Shown in pieces: positions 8,483 to 19,000 of a DNA stretch of 64,000 nucleotides. Source of the stretch: Chloroflexota bacterium (GTDB lineage Bacteria > Chloroflexota > UBA6077 > FW602-bin22); the NCBI GenBank assembly GCA_016875715.1, contig VGOZ01000001.1, positions 41,690 through 105,689 of the forward strand, read 5' to 3'. A program made the position numbers and the translations under genes. The notes beneath the pieces are model-generated. The model was given only the letters and a program-made list of their open reading frames with translations, made no database searches and had not been told where the DNA came from. Each line of letters opens with the position of its first letter. The first letter of the stretch is position 1.

Positions 8483-9459
8483 TCGCTCGGGTCGTCGCCC
8501 CCCTCCTCGCCATCATTCTGCTGGTGCTCGTGGTGCGCCAGATCGACATCGACGAAGCCGTCGAGGTCATCACCAGGGCCGATTTGCGACTCCTCGCCGT
8601 AACCTGGCTGATCGTGGTTCTTAGCCAGGGCATGCGTGCGCTGCGCTGGCGCGTCATTCTCGAGGCGAGCGGGAGCACACCCGTCACGCCGGTCTTCTGG
8701 GCGAACCTTGCCGGCTACTGCGGAAACTACGTTCTGCCCGCACGCGCCGGGGAGGCGATCCGATCGGCGCTCGCGAGCCGTGCGCTGGCGCGCCCTCTGG
8801 GGTTCGTGCTCGCCACCGCGATGACGGAACGGATCATCGACGTTCCGGTACTCGTCCTCTCCGCCGCAGCGGCCGGTCTCCTCCTCGAAGCGATGCCGGC
8901 GGAAGTCGGCGGCGCGCTCGGCGCTATGGCGATCGCCGCGGTCGCGGGGGTGCTCGGCCTCACGATCGCGCCGCGCCTGCTCACCCTGGGGCGCCGCATC
9001 CTGGCTCGCGCGCCCCTCATCGCGCAGCACGCGATGCGCATCGATCCTCACCTGGAGCGGCTGAGCGAGGGCTTCACCGCACTGCACGATGGGCGCCGCC
9101 TGCTCGCGTTCGCCGGGTTCACCGCCGTTGTCTGGTCGATCGATATCCTTCTCGGGCAGGTCCTCGCCTGGGCGATGGGTTTCACCCTGAGCATTCCGCT
9201 CACCATCCTGCTCATCGCCAGTCTCGGTCTCTCGAGTGCGCTGCCCTCGACACCGGGCTACGTGGGCATCTATCAGTTCGTGGCCCTGATCGTCCTCGTG
9301 CCGTTCGGCCTCTCGGCGAGTCAGGCGGTCGCCTATGTGGTCCTGCTGCAGTTGCTCGCCTACGCGGTCGTGGTGCCCTTTGGGGTTGTGGGGATGTGGC
9401 GCCTTGGCGGAGGGTTCGTGACCGGGCGCAACCTCAGGGAGATCACAGCCAAGGACTGA
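8479..9459 (+). CDS. flippase-like / lysylphosphatidylglycerol-synthase-TM-type (UPF0104) integral membrane protein
   Basis: The GTG at 8479 overlaps the upstream TGA (GTGA). VIARVVAPLLAIILLVLVVRQIDIDEAVEVITRADLRLLAVTWLIVVLSQGMRALRWRVIL is the family-typical start. The protein is polytopic throughout. Confidence 0.65.
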   Translation: MIARVVAPLLAIILLVLVVRQIDIDEAVEVITRADLRLLAVTWLIVVLSQGMRALRWRVILEASGSTPVTPVFWANLAGYCGNYVLPARAGEAIRSALASRALARPLGFVLATAMTERIIDVPVLVLSAAAAGLLLEAMPAEVGGALGAMAIAAVAGVLGLTIAPRLLTLGRRILARAPLIAQHAMRIDPHLERLSEGFTALHDGRRLLAFAGFTAVVWSIDILLGQVLAWAMGFTLSIPLTILLIASLGLSSALPSTPGYVGIYQFVALIVLVPFGLSASQAVAYVVLLQLLAYAVVVPFGVVGMWRLGGGFVTGRNLREITAKD

Positions 9460-12233
9460 GCGGCACGAGTGATTCGAGGGCGAGGAGTTCCTGATCCTTG
9501 CCAGGCGGCCGCCACAGCAGGTTCAACTGTCCTCCCACGCGATGAAACCGTTCGACGACGACCGCATGCTCGCCTTCGGAGAGCCTGGTCAACGCGAGGA
9601 TCTCTTCCCGCCGTAGATCACGCGGCCGAGTCCAATCCGCGTACGCCGGCCAGACTTGCCGTCCGTCGATCAGAATGCGGGCGGGCTGGTCGCTCTGGAG
9701 TTCGAACTCGTGCAGGCCGCCGCGATTGATCCTTACGGTACCAAGCATGCGAATGAGGACGGGGCGCTCCGCGGGCGGCGGCACTCCCTCGCCGACGGAG
9801 TGGCCACCAAACATCGCGTCGAACTCCCTTGCCAGCAGTTGCTGACCATCGCCGCCGCGGTACTCGATGGTCACCCGAGGGGGACCGGGCCAGACGTTGG
9901 CTCGGCCATGCGGGAACGGATGGGAGCCGATTGCCGCGCTCCCGATAGACCACACGGTGGGGGCGGATGCCGCGGATGTGACGCGGGCTTCGGCGCGTAG
10001 CGGTACGGCTCGCGACGGCGCCGAGATATCCAGTGGCGACTGACCGGCGTCGAGCTTGTGGGCACCATCGCCAAGCCACAGGTCGACGGGGGCCGTGCTG
10101 ATGAGGACCAGTCGATCTGTCTCGGGTCGCCGATCCTCCGGCACGTACCACCCCTGCCACTGCAGGCGGGTGGGGAACTCCAGGTCCGACGGCCAGACCG
10201 CCGGCGGCTCGATCGCGGCCGCGCGCATCCCCCAGCGTCGTCCGTCCGCTCCATCCAGAGTGAGCTCCAGACCTCGGTGACGCGCCACATCCTCATCCGC
10301 CACCGAGAATACCGTCCACAGCAACGGGTTCTTGAACGTCGGGTCGTTCGTCACGAGTTCTGTCACCTGGATTTGCGGGAACGCCGCACGTGCCACCGGG
10401 AGCCACGCGCGCATGGAAGCGTTGAACGCAAAGGTGGTTCGGTGTGCGCTCGGCGTCAGTTCGATCATCTCCTGGGCCGGGCGATACATCGTGCGGGTCG
10501 GGTTCTTGCGCTCCATCTTCGAGCCGAGCGCCAGCGCCAGTCGGGCGCCCTAGGGACCAAGCATCACGATCAGGCGTTCTCCCTCCGGCAGAGCGGCGAC
10601 GTAGCGGGCGATAGCGCCCTGATAGGCATCCGGATCGCGGCGCGCATAGTCCACGTAGTAGAAACTCGCCTCCGCAACCGCGCTGGCGACGAGTCCGCCC
10701 GCCAGCGCGAACCCGTCGATGGCGGAGAGCCACCGGTTTCGCTGGTTCCAAATCTCCACAAAGCGGTCGAATCCGACACCAATCAGCACGGTCCCCGCTA
10801 ACACTCCGGGTTGTATGCGATGGGCCGGAGGTGGGTGATCGGAAAGAAGGGAGAGCGCCACGGTTGGCGCCCAGAACCGCAGTGCCGCCAGGCGATAACG
10901 CCAGTCAAGGAATCGGAGACTGACCAGCAAGAGCGCGCCGTAGAGGAGTGCGGCGGGAATCGTGGTGAAGAGACCGCGCTCCGGCAGGTCGTGGTGATCC
11001 GGCGCTCGGAATGACGTTGTACGCGAGGAAGGCGCGGTATGCGTGCTCCCAGAGAGGACGGAGCGCGTCGATCTCTCCCGAGCGCTGAAACAACCCGACT
11101 GCCGCGCCCAGCCACGAGTTGAGCCGTGCGTTGTAGGCGAACACCGCGGGCTCCCGCACCAGGGTGACGAGCAGGGGACCAAGGCCGATCGCCAGACCGA
11201 CCGCGAATTTGCAACTGCCAAACGCGAGCCAGCGGCCCCGGAGCCGGGAATCGAACGCTGCGAGCACTAGTACGAACGCGGCGAACGCGAAGGCCGGTCT
11301 GCCGGCTAGATACAGGTACATACCGAGGCTGAGAGCGACGCCGCCCAGCGCCAGCCAACGGGGTTCGCGGCCTCTGAAGCCTCGCGCGAAGCAGTAGGCG
11401 GTCAACAGCCAGACGAAAGACCCCTCGATGGTGATTTCTCCATGCCGGGAGAATGCAAGGTGCATCGCCAGTGTCGAGAGCACCAGCGCGGCGACGATTG
11501 CGGCACGGAATCCAAACAGCGCCCGCGCCACGAAGAAGACCATCGCGACCTGAACCATCCCGACGAGTGCGCTGGGCAGCCGGTGAACCGTCAGGCTCAG
11601 GCCAAGTGTCTCGAAGGCGATTCGGCGGGGATAGGCGCTCAGGAGGAGCATGCTGCCGATGTCCCCTGGGCGCATATCGAACAGGGCGAATCCGTTCTCC
11701 GGGTCAACCGTCGCGCGGCGCAGGGCGAGTTCGGGAGTTACGTACTCATCGATGTGCGATGCCTGGTGCGACTCCAGACCGTAGAGGCGGAGAGCCGCGG
11801 CCAGGATCAGCACTCCGCCGAGGAGCGCCCACTGGCTCCGGGAGAGGCGCGGTAGCGCCGGTCTGGACAGCCATGCTCCAACCCATAACGCAACCGAACC
11901 CAGCCAGATCGGGGCGAGAGCCCACGCGCGGATGTCTCTCACGGCGATCGCCAGTCCCACGGCGAAGAGGGTGACCGAGGCGAGGAGGGGGGCACGACGT
12001 GGCTCGGCCCTGGTCGATCCTGCCGTCCGCGCCAGAGACTCCTGATCCGCATCCCGCCGCGCCCGCATCGCCAGGGCAAAGGCCACGCAGGCCAGAAGCC
12101 AGCCGACGGCGAGCAGGACGCCCGGGCGGTTGCCCCCTTCCCATCCAGTCTCGAAGAGCCACTCGGCACCCAGGAGCGCGATGGTGATGGGCGCCGCGAC
12201 CATCGCTGCGACGCGAGAGAAACCCCGCGTCAC
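9443..12233 (-). pseudogene. disrupted tandem paralog of the 12230..15109 GT39-like/PA14-like membrane protein (one frameshift plus one in-frame TAG)
   Basis: Three ORF pieces (10905..12233, 10550..11221, 9443..10516) align in order with the 959-aa upstream protein.
- LRPLWEHAYRAFLAYNVIPS matches LQPILRHVEGALLGFNVLGS.
- APDHHDLPERGLF matches VDNHYLPDRGLLL.
- ASAVAEASFYYVDYARRD matches ASAVLDIAFYFFDYARRD.
- NVWPGPPRVTIEY matches SAWPGPPRVRVEW.
The frame changes near 11010. Pieces 2 and 3 are in the same frame, separated by the TAG at 10550-10552. Confidence 0.65.
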
Positions 12234-15109
12234 GGCCAGACAATCGGTCGGAGCGCGTGTGCCGGTACGAGACGGAATGGTTCAGTGCCTCGCCGCCACT
12301 GCAGGTGGATCTTTCCCCCGCTATCGAGCAAGCGCTCCACGCGGAGATCGTGATCCTCCGCGGTGAGAGTCACCCGTGCCCGTCTGGACTCCAAAGGCCC
12401 TCCTGGCGTCTCGAGGCGCTCCGCTCCCCGGGGCCAGATCTGGCGGCCGCCGATCGCCAGGCGGGTAGGTCCATCCGACACAATCTCGAACTCGTAGGGG
12501 CCGGCCACTGCTATGTGAAGCGTTGCCCGCCAGGCGACCCGGTACATGCCGGGGGCGGGACGACGGAGATTGAAGCGATGGTCGGCGATGTGGACGTCGA
12601 ACTCGTCGAGAACGACGGCTCTGGACGCGTCCTCAGCCCACTCAACCCGTACCCTTGGCGGACCCGGCCACGCGCTGATTGGCACGCTCCCGGGATCGTC
12701 GCCATCGCCGGAACCTCCTCGCTCGATCGAGATGGCGGTATCTGCTCCCGGGTGAGGAAGTACTGTTCGGGCCCAGAGCGGCTGCGGCCCTCGGGCCGAC
12801 CTCAGGACCGTCGATCCGGATCCAGGGTCGACCGTCGATCGCTGGGCACCAAGAGCGATCTCTAGCGGAGCGGGGCCGCGATACCGGAGGACGATTCTCT
12901 CCGCGCTATCCGTTGCGAGACGTGCCCAGCCACGCCACTCTACGCCTACGGGAAAGGTCAGTTCGGTGGGGATTTCCGCTCCCCGAACCACGGAGGCACC
13001 TGCTGCCACGACGTGGATCGCTCCATTCGCACCGTGCAGTCTGACCGACGGCCCCTCTATCCGAACGGCGTTGTCTGGTAGGATCACTGTCCAGCCAACC
13101 GCGTCGGGGTTGAACCGAGAGCGGAGCACCCCAATGCGTGATCCCGGGTAGGCCGCAGCAACCTCGTCCACCCAGGCCGCTCCCGCCTCGGGCAGCATGA
13201 TGGAGACGTCGCCGCGCCGTTCGAGCAGCGGAATCTGCTCTGCGAGCCGGCCGAGCGGCATACCCTGCACGCGCTCCTCGAGATCACTCGCCCACTGAAA
13301 CGGCTTTCCTTGGACGTCCAGTTCCATTCCATAGGCAGAGATCCCCGGAAATACCGCGAGGGTCGACCCGGCCGATCGTTCGAGAACGTAGCGTACGAGC
13401 GTGTCCTGGGCTGTATCGAAGTCGCGGCGCGCGTAGTCGAAGAAGTAGAAAGCGATATCCAGCACCGCCGATGCGACCAGTCCGGCGAACACGACCGCTG
13501 TGGTGCCGCGCGCGAACAGGATGCCGACTCGCTCAAACGCGCCGATGAGCCGATCGGCGCCGATACCCACGAGGACTGCCGCGGCGGGAAGAACGGGCAG
13601 CCCGCGATGAGTGATCGGTGTCGCGTCGGAGAGCATCATCAGGCTCGTGGCGCTTCCCCAGAACCAGAGACTCACGATGCCGAGGCGCCAGGCCAATACG
13701 TGGCGCAGCGCGAACGCAGCACCGGCAGCCAGGAACGCTGCCGGCACGAGGAGCAGGAGACCTCGGTCCGGAAGGTAGTGGTTATCGACGCTTCCAAGGA
13801 CGTTGAACCCGAGCAGAGCGCCCTCGACGTGTCGCAGTATCGGCTGGAGCGCGCCGATCTCCCCGGTCGCGCGATAGGCCTGGATCGCCGCCCCGAGCCA
13901 GCTGGTCTTCTCGGAGCGAAACAGGTAGAGCGAGGGGTCTCGGAGGTATGGCGCCAGCATGGGGCCCGCGCCGACCAGAAACCCGGCGACTAGCATTCCC
14001 GCGGCGCGGACTATCCACAGGCCCCGCGTCTCGGGGAGCACCACCAGCAGCACGATAGTCGCGGCCACGAAGGTGACTGCGGGCCGATACGCCCAGTAGA
14101 CGAAAAGGGTCAGACTGAGCACGGCCCCGGCTCCCAGGAAGTACCGCGGGTCCCGTCGCTCGGTACCCCGCACCAGGAGGTACGTCAGAATGCACCATGC
14201 GAGTGAAGCCTCAATGAGCCTCTGCCCGTTTCGCGAGAACTCCAGGTGCGCGGCGAGACCGGCGAGTGTCAGCGCGGCGATTCCTGCTACGCGCGCGTTC
14301 GCGATCGCTCGCCCTGTGAAGAAGACTGCCACGATCTCCGCAGTCCCGATCAGTGCGCTGGGCACGCGCAGCCAGGCCAGGTCGATCCCGCCCACAGCGA
14401 ACGCGATCGTGCTCAAGTACGTCGTCAAGGCCAGCTGAGAGAACAGACCTCTATCGGCCGCGAAGAGCGAGATACCTCTGGCCGTCAGGTATTGACCGGA
14501 CGTGATCTCGCGGCCCAGTTCCAGCGCGAACGGCATCATCGCCAATTCGTCGATGATGACCGGACGGGTGCCCAGGTCGATCAGGCGTAGGACCGCCGCG
14601 AGGAGTGCGAGCGCCGCTGCCGACAAGAGGATTGTCCCGGGCTGCGGTGCGGGCCGGAGTCGAACCGCGACAATCAGGCAGGCGAGCCCGCCCACCCAGG
14701 GAACGACCAGGTACGAAGCGCGCGGAGCCTGCCAGGCGAGAATCACCCCGACAGAGGCCAGGCCGATGGCCAGGGCCAGGAAGAGAGCCTGAACGGAGGT
14801 TGCCGGGGCCGCGGCAGGCGCCGGATGGCGCAGCCCCGGACAGGCGACCGCGAAGAGGACCAGCGCCCCAGCGTACAGGGCGGTCTCAGCGTACCCGACA
14901 TCTGGATAGGAGCCGCGAAAGATCGTTTCTGCGCAAAGTGGGGCTAGCGCCGCGCTCGCGCCGATCAGCGCGAGCGGACCTCTCCCTGTGAGTGGCCACC
15001 TCAACACCAGAGCTCCCGATCGGCCGTGGGGTTTACTGTCGCGCGGATCGTCGATCTCAGCCCAGGCTGGTGAGTGAATGAAACCGCAGGGTGCTGCCGC
15101 CCCACACAT
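12230..15109 (-). CDS. GT39/ArnT/PMT-like polytopic glycosyltransferase with C-terminal PA14-like beta-sandwich
   Basis: It is polytopic, with an acidic first-loop motif (RPVIIDELAMMPF). The C-terminal domain is MYRVAWRATLHIAVAGPYEFEIVSDGPTRLAIGGRQIWP...HDLRVERLLDSGGKIHLQWRR. The start is probably the GTG at 15007 or TTG at 15004, downstream of the upstream gene's stop. The stop overlaps the next gene's start (GTGA at 12230-12233). Confidence 0.6.
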   Translation of the reverse strand: MCGAAAPCGFIHSPAWAEIDDPRDSKPHGRSGALVLRWPLTGRGPLALIGASAALAPLCAETIFRGSYPDVGYAETALYAGALVLFAVACPGLRHPAPAAAPATSVQALFLALAIGLASVGVILAWQAPRASYLVVPWVGGLACLIVAVRLRPAPQPGTILLSAAALALLAAVLRLIDLGTRPVIIDELAMMPFALELGREITSGQYLTARGISLFAADRGLFSQLALTTYLSTIAFAVGGIDLAWLRVPSALIGTAEIVAVFFTGRAIANARVAGIAALTLAGLAAHLEFSRNGQRLIEASLAWCILTYLLVRGTERRDPRYFLGAGAVLSLTLFVYWAYRPAVTFVAATIVLLVVLPETRGLWIVRAAGMLVAGFLVGAGPMLAPYLRDPSLYLFRSEKTSWLGAAIQAYRATGEIGALQPILRHVEGALLGFNVLGSVDNHYLPDRGLLLLVPAAFLAAGAAFALRHVLAWRLGIVSLWFWGSATSLMMLSDATPITHRGLPVLPAAAVLVGIGADRLIGAFERVGILFARGTTAVVFAGLVASAVLDIAFYFFDYARRDFDTAQDTLVRYVLERSAGSTLAVFPGISAYGMELDVQGKPFQWASDLEERVQGMPLGRLAEQIPLLERRGDVSIMLPEAGAAWVDEVAAAYPGSRIGVLRSRFNPDAVGWTVILPDNAVRIEGPSVRLHGANGAIHVVAAGASVVRGAEIPTELTFPVGVEWRGWARLATDSAERIVLRYRGPAPLEIALGAQRSTVDPGSGSTVLRSARGPQPLWARTVLPHPGADTAISIERGGSGDGDDPGSVPISAWPGPPRVRVEWAEDASRAVVLDEFDVHIADHRFNLRRPAPGMYRVAWRATLHIAVAGPYEFEIVSDGPTRLAIGGRQIWPRGAERLETPGGPLESRRARVTLTAEDHDLRVERLLDSGGKIHLQWRRGTEPFRLVPAHALRPIVWP

Positions 15110-16043
15110 AGAGTCCGAGCGAGCCGACGGGAATGCCGCCAGGGACCTTCCACTCGGGAGTCGGCTGTGAGTTCACCCACAATTGAACTGCATCGTTCAC
15201 CACCTGGACCCGCACCTCGTGGATGTCACGCCCCCAGAATTCGAGTTCCGGGATGGGGTGATTCGGACCGATCAGACGTGACTGGCCATTCTGGGTCGTG
15301 ACGAGGCCGACAAAGGGACGATCCCGCTGGTAGCTGTCGGTGAAGAACTCCAGTTTGAGGTGATCGTTGGGGCCGCGATGCGAGAGCACAATACCCCAGA
15401 TCGGGGCAGCCGAACCGCGTCGCAGGAGGACCTCGACCCGGGTGACCATCGTGTACACAGGTGGCGCCCGATCGAGCAGGAGGAATCTGTCCGCGGGCAA
15501 CTGATGGACAGGATTTGGGCGGGGCGGACCGTCCACGATCCAGCCAGACTCGAGTTTGCGGAAAACCGCGGGGGTGACGGTGGGCGTCGGAAGAACGACC
15601 GTGGGAGTTGCCGGCGCGCGCGTCGGGAGGACCGGGACCGACGCCGCGGGCCGCACCGTGGGAATCGGCGTCGGCGTCGGCCGAAGCGCCGAAGTCGCGC
15701 CAACCGCGATTCCTCCTAGCGCCATTACTGCCAGGGCGACAGTTCCGGCAACCCGAACGGGTAAGGGAACGAGGGCGAGGAGAGGCGCGATGCGGACGAC
15801 GAGCGGGGCTGCCAGCAGTCCCACTCGGGCAACGAGCGGCCCTCCGAAGCCTGCCACCAGTGCGATGGCACCAGCAAGGGGTGATGGTTTCCGTGCGGGG
15901 GCATGCGCGGAATCATCGCCCGCTGCCTCGGCCGCGTCGGAGGCCCCGGTCCCGACGTCATCCAGGGAGAGGTCATCGAGATCGTCGTCATCCGGAACGT
16001 CCGGCAGATCGAGATCGAGATCGGGAACGTCGCGCGTGGCCAC
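15057..16043 (-). CDS. membrane-anchored protein: poly-acidic N-terminal tail, TM region, Pro/Thr linker, C-terminal beta-sandwich (ConA/LamG-like guess)
   Basis: The GTG start is 2 nt after the upstream stop. The N-terminus is DLDLDLPDVPDDDDLDDLSLDD. Hydrophobic segments are followed by PTPTPIPTVRPAASVPVLPTRAPATPTVVLPTPTVTP. The C-terminal roughly 165 aa are globular (IWGIVLSHRGPNDHLKLEFF...VQLWVNSQP). Confidence 0.5.
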   Translation of the reverse strand: MATRDVPDLDLDLPDVPDDDDLDDLSLDDVGTGASDAAEAAGDDSAHAPARKPSPLAGAIALVAGFGGPLVARVGLLAAPLVVRIAPLLALVPLPVRVAGTVALAVMALGGIAVGATSALRPTPTPIPTVRPAASVPVLPTRAPATPTVVLPTPTVTPAVFRKLESGWIVDGPPRPNPVHQLPADRFLLLDRAPPVYTMVTRVEVLLRRGSAAPIWGIVLSHRGPNDHLKLEFFTDSYQRDRPFVGLVTTQNGQSRLIGPNHPIPELEFWGRDIHEVRVQVVNDAVQLWVNSQPTPEWKVPGGIPVGSLGLYVWGGSTLRFHSLTSLG

Positions 16044-16045
16044 GC

Positions 16046-19000
16046 TCAGACCCCGCCAGGTATCTCGAGAACAACCACGTGATGGAGCGTCACATCGCCC
16101 ACCACGAGGCGATCGTTGCCGATCATTGCCAGACCCTGCGGCCGCTTCAAATCCTCAGAGGCGATGACCGCGCGGGAGGTGCCGTCGGACCCGATCACAT
16201 GGATTCTGCCGCTCTCGGGGTCGGTCACAAGGACCGTGCCCTGAGCTGACACGGCGACCTTGGCGCCGTGTAGGCTGCCGGATTTGGGGATCGCGATCTC
16301 GACGTCGGCCGAACCACCACTACCGAATCGGACCAGTTTCGAGGTTGCCGAATCCGAGACCCACACGTTTCCGAACGGGTCCGGTGACGCGCCAGTCGGC
16401 TCGACGATGTTCCCAGGGCCCGTCCCCCGCGAGCCGATGACGCCGAGTTGTTCGCCGCGCGGGCTGTACTTGACAATCCGACTCCCGCCCGTGTCCGCGA
16501 CGTAGACGTTGTCCTGGGCGTCGAGGGCCATGCCACGCGGGTGATAGAAGCGAGCGTCCGGCCCGCCGAACTGGGCAAGAATCGTCCCATTCGGGTCATA
16601 GCGCTTGATCCAGCCTGGGAGCGAGTCGAGGACGACCACGTTCCCCTCACTGTCGAGCGAGATCGCGAGAGGCTCCTGAAGGTTGGTTTCGTCGCCCCAC
16701 GCCAGGAGGAACTTTCCATCCGGCCCGAACTTCTGAATCCGATGATTGACCGTGTCGGCGACGTAGATGTTGCCCTCGCGATCGGCCGCCACGCCGCGAG
16801 GTTGATCGAACAAACCGCTCGCGGTGCCCGGTGCGCCAATGCGTACGAGGGTGTTCGCCGCGATCACCGGGACGTTGGTGGACGGGCCCGGCCGCGACGC
16901 GATCGGTTTCGAGAAAACACCGGTGACCGGCTGCGCGGGCTGCGGCGGCTCCGCGGGTGCAGGCCGCACGACCGGTGGCGGCACGACACGATCGGGGTAA
17001 CTGCCCAGTGGTGGAAACAGGTACTCCGTCGGAATGGGCTCGCGTCCTCGAGCAGGGGGTGTCCAAAAGACATTGACATAGGTGTGTCCGGTCCTGTCCA
17101 GGTAGCGCACACGAATGTCATGGAACCCGCGCGTCAGCACGAGGCCGCCTTCGCCGTAGTTGCCAATGTTCCTAGAGTTGTCGACGATGAGTTTTTCATC
17201 GATGTAGATCCATGACTCATCGATCGACGAAGCTCCAAATCGGTAGGCGCCATCGGCCGGGATGTAGAGCTTGCCCGTCCACTCGACGCTGTAGGGTCGC
17301 GGAAGCGGCAGAAGGTGGAAACGGTGCTGCAGCCCGGGATCGATCTGCTGGAGGCCTGGTTCCCCGGCCCATTCCGTACCGCGATAGTACTTGCCGAGCA
17401 AGCCGTTATTGGATACGGGCGCACGGAACAGGAACTCCCGGGGAATCGCCTGGAACCCGGTATCGGTCGGTGACCGCCACAGCAGCCTGATCTCGCCGTT
17501 CTTACCATCGGGCAGTTCGATCGACAACTGGTGATTGCCACGTGCCAGGATGGCACCCTTCTGACCGCCGCCACGGATCAGTTCCGTACCGTCGATCTTG
17601 AGCGATGCCGTGGCCGGCCCCTCTAACTTGAAGTCATAGAGTCCATACTCCGGCGCGGCCACGATCGAACTCCACTGCAGGACGTACGGCGACGGGGGGA
17701 ACTCGCCATCGACGAACTCGCCTAGGCCAACTGTCACCGTCCGGCGGAGCGGATCTCCACTCGCGACAGTACTCGCCCAGAGGCTGACGTCCGCGCCCTG
17801 CAAGCGCGACACGACCTCGGGCGGTACGAGGATCTCGTGCAGGACAATCGGACCCCCCGCGGGGTTCCGATGCTGCCTGAGAATCGCATCGGGGTACAGA
17901 CGGAGAACCGTCGCGACCTGGTTCGACGCTTCCGCGTTTACGAAGATCGTTGCGCCGGTGCCGTCTCGCAGCGGCAGTGATGTCGCCGGGTCGAAACGCG
18001 TGTTCGGAATCGACTTCGGCGCGATCAATCGGATGGATGGATGGTCCATGAGCGTCTGGTCGATGTACGGCTTGCCGATCGCTGCCCCGGAAGCGATCTG
18101 GCGGGCGATGATCGTCTCTGGCGTCGAGTGCGCCGCCCAGACGCCGGAGTCGCGTGCCTGTCGCACGAAGTAACGTTCCAGATTTTCAGGCCAGACTGCC
18201 ACGCACACGAGAACCACCGTGGCTCCGGCGATCACGGCCGTGTACCGTGGCGCCACGATCATCGCGCGGCCGGCGAGAACCAGCGGCACGCGCAGCCGCG
18301 CCTCGCCAAACAGATGTCTGAACTTCTCTACGAAAAGCGCCAGCGGCAGCGCCGCGAGCAAGGCTGAAGCGACCGAATTGTCGATCGTGCGATATCCCTG
18401 TGGCGCCTCGAAGGCAAGCGAGAGGATCCCTGCGAGCAGCATCACTGCCCACCAGATGAGTGGCGCGGCATACTCCGGCCGCCGGGCGCGCGCGAGCGCC
18501 ACGATGAAACCGAGGATTGCGAGCGCTGCGGTCGTGCTCTCGAGCATCGGACTACCCGGGAGGTTGTGGCGCCCATTCGCATCGCCGTGGACGTTGAACA
18601 TGAGGAGGTGCTTCCGTACGTTCTCGATCAGCGGCGCGTAGCTTCCGGCTTGCTCGATCTCCCGGAAGATCGTGACGTTCTCCGTACGTTCGTTGAAGAG
18701 TCGAGGATTCTGGTAGGCGAGCAACGCCAGGGGGCTCACCGCCAGCCACGTGAAGAGCGCGAAGATCACCGCGTTGACGTAGTGAGCCCGCAGCCAGGAG
18801 AGCCTGCCTGCGATCAGATGGTGGAGCCAGACAAGCGCGACGACCAGTGCGAACAGCCGCGCCGCGAAATAGAACTGCAGGCTCAACCCGAGAGCCAGGC
18901 CAGCGGCGGCGAACAGCGTCCGACGACCCGACTTCAACGCGTGCATCAGCAGACCGAGCGCGAGAGTGTTCAACGTCGTCGAGTAGATGCCCTGCATCGC

